From positions 1,078,501 to 1,142,500 of the forward strand of contig JAUPSS010000007.1 in the NCBI GenBank assembly GCA_040285825.1: DNA of 64,000 nt, written 5' to 3'. Position 1 is the first letter of the stretch. The number at the start of each line of letters is the position of its first letter. This document shows positions 10,239 through 19,200 of the stretch, piece after piece. The notes under the pieces were generated by a model. That model worked only from the letters and a program-made list of their open reading frames with translations. It made no database searches and was not told where the DNA came from. The DNA is from Eukaryota sp. TZLM1-RC (lineage: Eukaryota; Protista; Metamonada: BaSk clade). A program made the position numbers and the translations under genes.

Positions 10239-13200
10239 ATGTCCAGTATGAAGCAAGTCCACTTTTTTGTCATAACGAAGGACTATCAGACTCGTCTCTT
10301 CATAGGATGTTCTCCAGACAAGTGGAACGATACACATAAGCGATTTGTAGAAAGTGTTGGAAGAAACAAAGCTCTCTATGGTTCCTGTTCTCTCGACTTC
10401 AACTTACGGTTTGACTATAAGTACAGATCTCACCACGATTGGGAACCCCGCAATCATAATCGTCGTTTCGAGGGAATCTTTGCAACAGATTTTGTGCCCA
10501 ACTCACCCCGGAAACTATTACCCCAAGATTTTCTCTATTGCATCGCTGACCTTGTGTTTCATGCTTCTAGGGAGGGTGTCCCACTTGAAATGCTCCAGGA
10601 AGTAGTCCGATCCTTTGTATCTAAGAGCCATCAAGAAGTTCACCCTCGGCTCGTTCGCTTGGACAGAAACCTCTCCTACGTTCTGAACACCCTTTTGAAT
10701 CTTCTACCGTCAACCTTTTCTCTCGTCATCAACCGTTTCCCCAACCTAGCGGAGCTGATGAACAATGACCACATCGGATGTTTCCTCTATCACCTCGATG
10801 TTTCTTCCTCTCCTGATCTCACCCTATTACACTCACTTCTACCCAAAGTCAAAAACTCCTCTGAACACCGCCGTTCCATCCTCTTGAAGATCTCCACATC
10901 TGTTTCCCCTTCCCACCTTGGTCAACTAGGTACAATCTTCCTTCAACTCTTTCGGGAATCAATCAATGATGATGTCATCATTTCCCAAGTTTTGACCAGC
11001 GACTTACCCCCACAATTGGTCAGTCAGATCGTTAGGTTAGTTCATCGACTGCTCCCCAACATTTATCTTTCCGTCAAACTAAATAAATCAATAACAGACC
11101 ACTTTTATCAGAATTTAAATCACTTTTCCGATTTGGATCTCTTGGCCAAGTTCTTGTTTCTGAACTTTCGAGATTTAATTCTGCAGGATTTGGCTTATTT
11201 TTCCCCCACAATGGGGAGAATTATGAAAGAAAATCCTAGGTATTTGGCTCTGTTAAAACAAAATCTTAATAATAATGACTTTTTAGTGAAAATGATCAGC
11301 CAAATCAATCCAGAATTGGTCTTCAAAAGTCTTGTCATTTTGACCTCCATTTTTGACCTTTCTTCTGATTCGGTTCGAACTATTGAATCCATCATTAAAA
11401 CCACTGAACAGAACCCTAAAGTAATGTACATTACAATTGCTCCTACTGTTTCTGGATTTGAATTCTTTACTGGATTTGGAAAATATTCAATCATTTTGAA
11501 TGCATTAGCTGAACCTCTACCAGAAAATACTACGATACAAGATTTAATTTGTGATTTATTGCCCTTTGCATACGAAATATTCCGTTACGACTTGAATGAT
11601 CTTGATTGTCTTTCTGACATTATTGCAAAATTTCGTCAACTTGCCCAAAATTTTGATCTTTCAGTCAATGAGCTGAATTTGTTGTCAAATGAGTCGAATC
11701 ACAGTCAATTTTTACAAAATATTCCACCACAAATCAACCAAAACAATGCAACAAAAAACAACTTTATTAGCCAAATATCTCAATTAATTAAATCAGTAGA
11801 GAATAAGAAATCTATCGCCGAATCAGCTCTATTAATTGCTCAGTCTCTAGGCCTTGAAACCTCTCAACTTGACCATTTATTAGCCCAATTAGAACGAACT
11901 GAAGATTCGGTAAATACAGTTTTGTCTTTGCCAATTCCCGATAATATTAAGGAAGTTATTCAGATATTCCGCAAATGGCTTGCTTGTTCAACTGAAGTTC
12001 ACCAGTACCAATCAGTAAGTAATGTGGTTTCTTCCCACTTGTTTAAGTTTCTTTATCATCAAATACGCCAACAATTTATCAATAGAAACAGCTCTAATCA
12101 AGAGGAAGAATCTGCCAATGAAGATGCAAATGTCCTTCCCAATTTGTTTGAAGAATCAGATTCCGAGGAAGATGAATATTTAGGACATGATGTTGAAGAA
12201 CATGTAGAACTCCCAGGTACTATTGCTTTAATTCAACTTATTATGGAAAGATTGGATGGCTTTATAAAAGAACTAAGTAGTTCTGAAGCTACTGTTGAAT
12301 TGGTATATGACGTTTATTCTGGATTTAATGCTTATCAATTGGACAATGAAATGAAACAACTTTCTGCTTTAAGTCAAAATCTGGTAAAGGAACCTTTACT
12401 AAATTTGATTGCTTGGAGTAAGAGGAAGCAATGGGTTAAAATAGTAACATGTCTGGCTGAATTGAAGAATGAAAATTCCAATCTAAATTTGATTGTTGAC
12501 GAGGGTCTAGAACTTCCACAATCAGTTGATAGGTTGCCGTTACTTCGCCAATACAGGGAACTAGCCAACAGCTTGTGTATTTCTGAATGTCATCAATGTA
12601 ATGCTTATAATCCTCCACTTTATTTACAAGCACTTACTTTGTTATTAGATGTGGATGATTTATTCAGTGTTTTGGAAAAGAGAGCTTCAATGACTACTGA
12701 TTTGTTAATGTCAAAGCTGTTTTCTGGTGTAGTAACTTCAGATTCCACGAATAACTCCTTCTTGAGATTAATTAATGAGGAAAATAGTTTTTTCAGGAAA
12801 GTTTTAGAACCACTTTTTAATTCCCCAAATGCCATCACCTTGGATGACTTTTTCGGTAGAATCCATGAATTTATGCTCTTGAATGACCTCCACAGTTTCA
12901 ATTCTTTCAACGATTTTGCCAATGACTTTAACCAAGTTAAAAAGTCTGCTGTTGTAATTGATGAAACAATTGAAAATGCTGGTAATCAATCCGCATTACT
13001 TGAAATTTTTGCTAAAACTGATTTTGAAAACGCCCAGTTGATTTTTGAACTGGACAACAATGCTGTAGCCTTGGAAGTGGTTACTTTAGATGGTCAAACT
13101 AAGGTATTGAAAGATAGATTTGAACATGCCAGAGCTGAGGCTATTCTACAAACAAAGGAAGAATTCAACCAAAGATTACAACAAAAGAATGATTCTTCAT

Positions 13201-16200
13201 TTGTAGATTCTGCTAAGCTAAAACAATTTGAAGAAATATGTGGTGCTTGTGACTCAATCATTACTATTAATAGCGAACTCAAACAACTGGGATATCCTTT
13301 GGTTTCTAGAAATGACCGTTCCTCTGAAGAAAGAATCTCTGTTTTAGATGTGCAAGACTACTGTTCAGAACAAAGAGAATTACTTAATAGGTGGAAAGGA
13401 CTAATTGAGTCTGCTCAAGCAGGTGTTTTTAAAGGTTTGAATGCTCATGAAATTGTATCATTTCTAACAAGAAATAGAGCAGATTTATCCAATATTTATA
13501 AATTAAACACAGTTCATTTTAATAAATCCGATCCTCTGGAAATTACCTTGGAAATGCTCTGTTCCGAGGAAATTGAAGAATTAAATCAAGCTGAACCATC
13601 GTCAATTTCCTATTACAAAAGTCGGTCATTTTCAAATCTTTTTATTGATTTATTGAGTATTTTGGAATCAAATAACATTACACTTGATCTACGTAATGTT
13701 TTGTTGTGTAATTCTGAAACATGTTTATCTTCAGTAAAGGCGATACTATTTGATAGTTTAAAACAAAAAAGGGTCATTTTTGGAGTCAATGCTCTTAGTC
13801 ATTCAGTTTTTGAGGGTTTGGTTAAGTTTCTGAATACAACCCAATTACCATTTGAAGCCTTATTTACTGGCTCCAATGAAAGTTTTTCAGATGCAGTTTC
13901 CCGTGTTAACGTGCTTCCACCCCCAAATACCGACGAGGTTGCCCAATATGCACGTAAAAGTTGCCGTGTTTCCGAGATTTTAACTTCTCAAATTCCAGGT
14001 CAAGGAAAATCTAAATATGCCAGAGAAAAGACTTCTATTACTCTTCAATTGGCAGGTATAATCACAAGAAATGACACTATTAAAGTATTAAACCAGTTCA
14101 TTTCTGGCCACAGAATTTCTAGAGCTAAACCCCATCTTCACTTGGACATTAATGAACCAATTGACATCATGAAGGAGCTTTTTGATATTGGTAAGTGGAA
14201 CAGCGAGTCTGGTGTTGTAAATAGTGAAGATTTCTACAATCTTTGTTTAATTGTGTTTTCACTTTCTTATCTCAAAGGTTTGAGATTAAATGGAGATTTG
14301 TTTTTGTTAGGCGAAGGGAAAATATTTTTGGAATTACCTTCAATCAGAGAGGAAGAAGGGTGGACCAATTTATTTGTTGAAGCTGTATTTCCTCATAGAA
14401 ATTCAATCACCACTGAGTTAGCTTATGATCCATCTGTTTTTGATGGAAATGCTGTTGGTGCCCAGCTCTCTTCTAGGGTAATGGAAGGGTTAAAGGTTGC
14501 TTTATCATCAGATGAAGTTGATGTTCATTACTTACTAGAACGGCCGTTTGCTGGCTTTCCTCCTCCACACAGTAGTTTTTGGTCATTTAGACTGTTATCC
14601 CAAATAGTCTTATTTGCTGCTCAACAGTTGAATTATCTTGATGGCGACTATCATTTCTCTACCATTGAAGACGACGACGACAGATTTAGAGAAGCAAATT
14701 TTTCCCAGCGAATGGATAACCAAAGAAGAGATGCTATCAATGTTTTATTTGGATTTACCAGGAAAATTGTTTTACTCTCTACCCCAGTAGAAGGTCAGGA
14801 TCATAACCTTGCAGCTGGTAGTATGGTTATTAGTTGGAAGAACATGCATACAATTATGCTTGGTTATGCACACTCTGATCACAAACCTATTGTAGTTCCT
14901 AGCAATGAATCTACAAGTGTACCCACTGCTCTTAAACAAATGATTGCTGTACAAACAGGTTTACATTATGATGATCGAAGACCTCTGAGAAATGCCCAAG
15001 TGCCCCCTACTGAAGAAGGTAAAATTGAATTATTACGAAATTTTACCCATAAGAATCCAACTCTAAATGGTAACCTTTTCAAAATGGCAAATTTAGATAA
15101 TTATGTTTTGACTAATGATAATTTTATGAAAATGATGTTGCTAGCCCTACGTTTAAAGACCAATATTCCCACAATTTTGGTCGGTTCTTCTGGAATTGGA
15201 AAGACTCACTTGCTTAAGTATTGCTGTTTTGTATTGTTTTCTCTAAGAGAAGTTTCTGATTTTGAATATGATATGCAGCAAAAACGATTAGATCTTTTCC
15301 ATGATATTTCAGTCAATGCTGGAACTTCTTTATCAGAAATAAGGGATGCTATTATGAAGGTAAATGAATTGGCCATCAACTTGGAAACTGAAATAAGCCT
15401 GGAAGGGGTTGTTTCTCCTGATTGTTTGTTCCCAGTACTGTTCCTTGACGAAGTTAATTCTAATGATTTCTTGGCCAAAGTTTCGTTATTGATAACTAAT
15501 AGGCAGTTTGATGATTTACGGCTTCACGAAAGAGTTCGAATTATTTGTGCTATTAACCCATTTGTCAAATCTTGTCTCGACTCCAATTCAAAACTTTACA
15601 ATGTTTGGGAGTGTCCTTGTTCGCTCAAGCATTATATGATGGACTTTGGTTCTTTAGAAGCTGAAGATGAGAGGGAATATGTTTCTAAAATAGCCCAAAA
15701 GGCTGATCTTCCCAATAAAGATTTACTATCAAAGCTCTTGGTCACTGTTCATGGCCAATTAACTGAGAGAACTGAACATGGTTTTGTTCGCCCAAAGAGG
15801 GTACCATGGATGGTGTCTTTAAGAGATGCAACTAGGGTCACTCGAGTTATTGGGAAATTACTTGAAGTTTATAATAAACTTGGTAATGATCATTTGTTTA
15901 AAAAGGCTCTTTGTCCTTTTGATGCATTTGATCAAGAAAAACATTGTAGGTTTGTTTTTCTTTTGAGTATTTGGGTTTGTTATGTTTTGAGAGTTCCCAG
16001 TACTAGGCAGCAAAATACAATGCTAACTGAAGCAAGCAGAATATTAGGTTTTGGCCCGAGAGGAAAAGAATTATTGGAAAACAGTCTTAATTATTTATTT
16101 GATTTAATTAATCCTGCAGCCAGTTTTAATGTTGTAAGGACGAAGTATTTCCTTGAAAATTCAATGGCTTTATTTGTTGGAATTCTGAGTAAAACGCCAG

Positions 16201-19200
16201 TGATTTTAATTGGATTACCTGGTACCTCGAAATCCCTGTCCCTCACCATGCTCCTTACGTATTTGACCACCATTAGTAATGAACCTGAGCGATCCAGAAT
16301 TGTTCGCCTTTTACCCCATCATTACCAAGGAAGTCATGCAGCAACCACTGAATCCATTGAGAAAGTTGTGGATGGAATTAATAATACTGTTGACGCAGCA
16401 AGTGATCATGATGTGGTTCATGCTCTTATCATGGACGAGATCAGTTTGCTCTTAGATGCACCGGCTAATCCACTGAAATGCCTTCACTCAATACTTGAAC
16501 CTAGGGAAACTCCCATTCCAAAGTTCTCCTTTGTGGGTATTAGTAATAATGAGTTTGATGCAGCACCCAGTAGCCGAGCAATTGTTATTCAACGGAAACC
16601 TCCTGCTGCTAATGAGTTGAGCAAAATTGTGGCGAAGATGGTTCAAAATCACTCTTTATCCACGAAAATAAGCACAATTGTGTCAACATTCCACACCCAA
16701 ATGGATAATTTAAGACCAGAATTTTATGGGATGAGGGATGTGTATCAACTGGCAAAATTTCTAGAACAAAATTTTGAGTCAAATGTGACTGAGCTTTTAA
16801 TTATGTTGATCAGAGCTTATGGTGGTTTGAAAGTTACAGATATACTTGTTCATTTAATTCAAGAACATTTTATTGATAAAGTTCTTGGGAAATATTTACT
16901 TGGTTTTTTCCGTTCATTCACGTTAAATAAGTCTCATCTCTTGACTGCGATTCGGGAAGCTTTTGTTCAATCTTTTGGTGATTATAGCGAGAACTCTAGG
17001 CACATTTTAGCCATTGGTAATCTTGATTTGGTCAAGTGTATTGTTCAGGCTAGTCCAAGAGCTAATGACTTGACCGTGATTATTGGTTCTCAATTTGAAA
17101 AAGATGCCTATAATTCCACCTCTTACAGGCAGCTTTCTGTTGTTAGTTCTGCTGTCAATTTGGGTCATCTTATAGTTCTTCACGGAACATCTCATTTAAT
17201 TGGCGCCTTATTTGATATATTAAATAAGAATTATGTACGAACCGAGGGGGAAAAGGGAATCGCCAGAATTGCTCTTGGAACAGTGGCTAATCACTTGGTA
17301 ACAGTCCATCCTAAGACTAAAATCATTGTAGTAATTAAAGAATCCGATCTTGAAGGAAACAAGACACCAAAGGCTTTGTTAAACAGATTGGAAAAGTTCA
17401 ATTTGAATGAATTAATTGCTGAAAAATTTGATATTCCTTCATCATTAGAAGCTTCCTTCTTTGATTATGGTTTACAATATAGTCTTCCAAGATTGAATGG
17501 ACAGACAGTACAAGAACTGGCTGATTCATTTTTGTCTCAATTGATGTTAAATGATTTGAATGATCAAAATTTTCTTATTTTGAAAAGGCTTGCAAATCCT
17601 TTATTCTGTCTCCAAAGCAGAAGTAATCGTAATACAAGAGATCTCGTAGAAGAAGGATTTGGGTACTTGTCCCTTGTGCAATATTTGGAAGAAAGAAGTT
17701 CTTCGCATCCTGGTCCTATTTTTGTTATTGCTCTCTCCAGTTACTTTGGTTCCAGTCAATTTAATATTGACATGTATGATCATTACTCTGTAACTACAAT
17801 GGGAGCAATCACTACACTAAATGAATTGGACAGTAAACTGACCAGTGAAGCAGAGCTTTTGAAAGCTGTTAGTCAAGCCAAAGAAGGTGCTCTTGGACGG
17901 TGTTTAATGGTGGTTAGAATCGATGACGACCAAAGTGTTCAATTTGATAATGTTCAAAATCAATTGGATTATATTCGAAAAGCTTTCAATAGCAAGGAGT
18001 TTATTCTTGACATAGCAATTTGTCTTATTAACCCCACAGATTTAAATATGTCTGCCACGCATTCTACCGAGGGAATTTCTTTGGTTTATTTAGATGCAGT
18101 GAATTACCAAGGAATAATTCAGAACTTTAAATTTGAAAGTATTTCAGAATTAAAGCAATTTGATATGGAAAATCTTGATCAAGAAGCTTTTAATGAAATT
18201 TTCAAGAATTTGGTAATGAGTGTCTTTGTTACCTCAGATTTGCCAAAACCATTGTTGACAAGATCTCACCAGCTAGTTTTGTCACTAAGCCAATCCAATG
18301 AAAATTACTTATCAGGAATCTTTACCCAGATGATTCAAAGTGGAACTTTACAATTTGACAATACTCAATTTGCATTTAATTTTGATAGTGATGACTTTAA
18401 ATCCAAAACTGTCCAAGGCATTGTTGAAGAAACAATTAGAAGTAAATTCAAGGAAATCATTGGTCAGTTTTTGACCATTTTACTTCAATCAAATTTGCTT
18501 ATACCTTCCGAACTTCCCAATGATCAATATGTAGGTTTATTAGATGTCATTATTGCTTCCCTTCCTGAAGCAATCAAGATTCAATCTATTGGTGAATACT
18601 CAGAAACTCCAATTCCATTTATCTACTTTCTCTGCACCTTGTTAGATTATGCTAGGAATCAGCAAAATTCTGAAAAAGTTTGGGAAGCAATTTTTGCAGA
18701 GTTGCCTGTTGATTTAATTGATCTTGTCAGTAGATTTGATCCCATTGAAGTCATTTCAACAATTTTGGGTTATTTCTCTTACGATCAAAGAGTTATTCAG
18801 TATTTATTAGGCAGAGGTCATTTTGAAGGGGGTGATTTATTTGAGTTACTTCAGGCAGTGTTGAAATTTTTGGTTGACCCTAATTCTATTGCGCTTATGA
18901 GTGCACTTAATTATTTTAAAGAGTTTAATGCCAACATTTCTACTGAGTTTGTTTCAATGGCTTCAACAGCTATTCAGAATTTGTCTTTAGATTCCAAGTC
19001 TGCTACCGAAAATTTACTTTCAAGTATTGATTTTAATGAAATTAATGATCCATTTTCTGAAATTTTGCTCAATTGGTTAAGAATTGCTATTGCCTTGGAT
19101 TGTCCAGATGACTTAAAGTCTGAAGTTCCAATAGAGTCTTTGGATAATTTGATTAGTTGTTTGGGTGATTTTATTGCTAATGATACCTCCAATAGAATAA

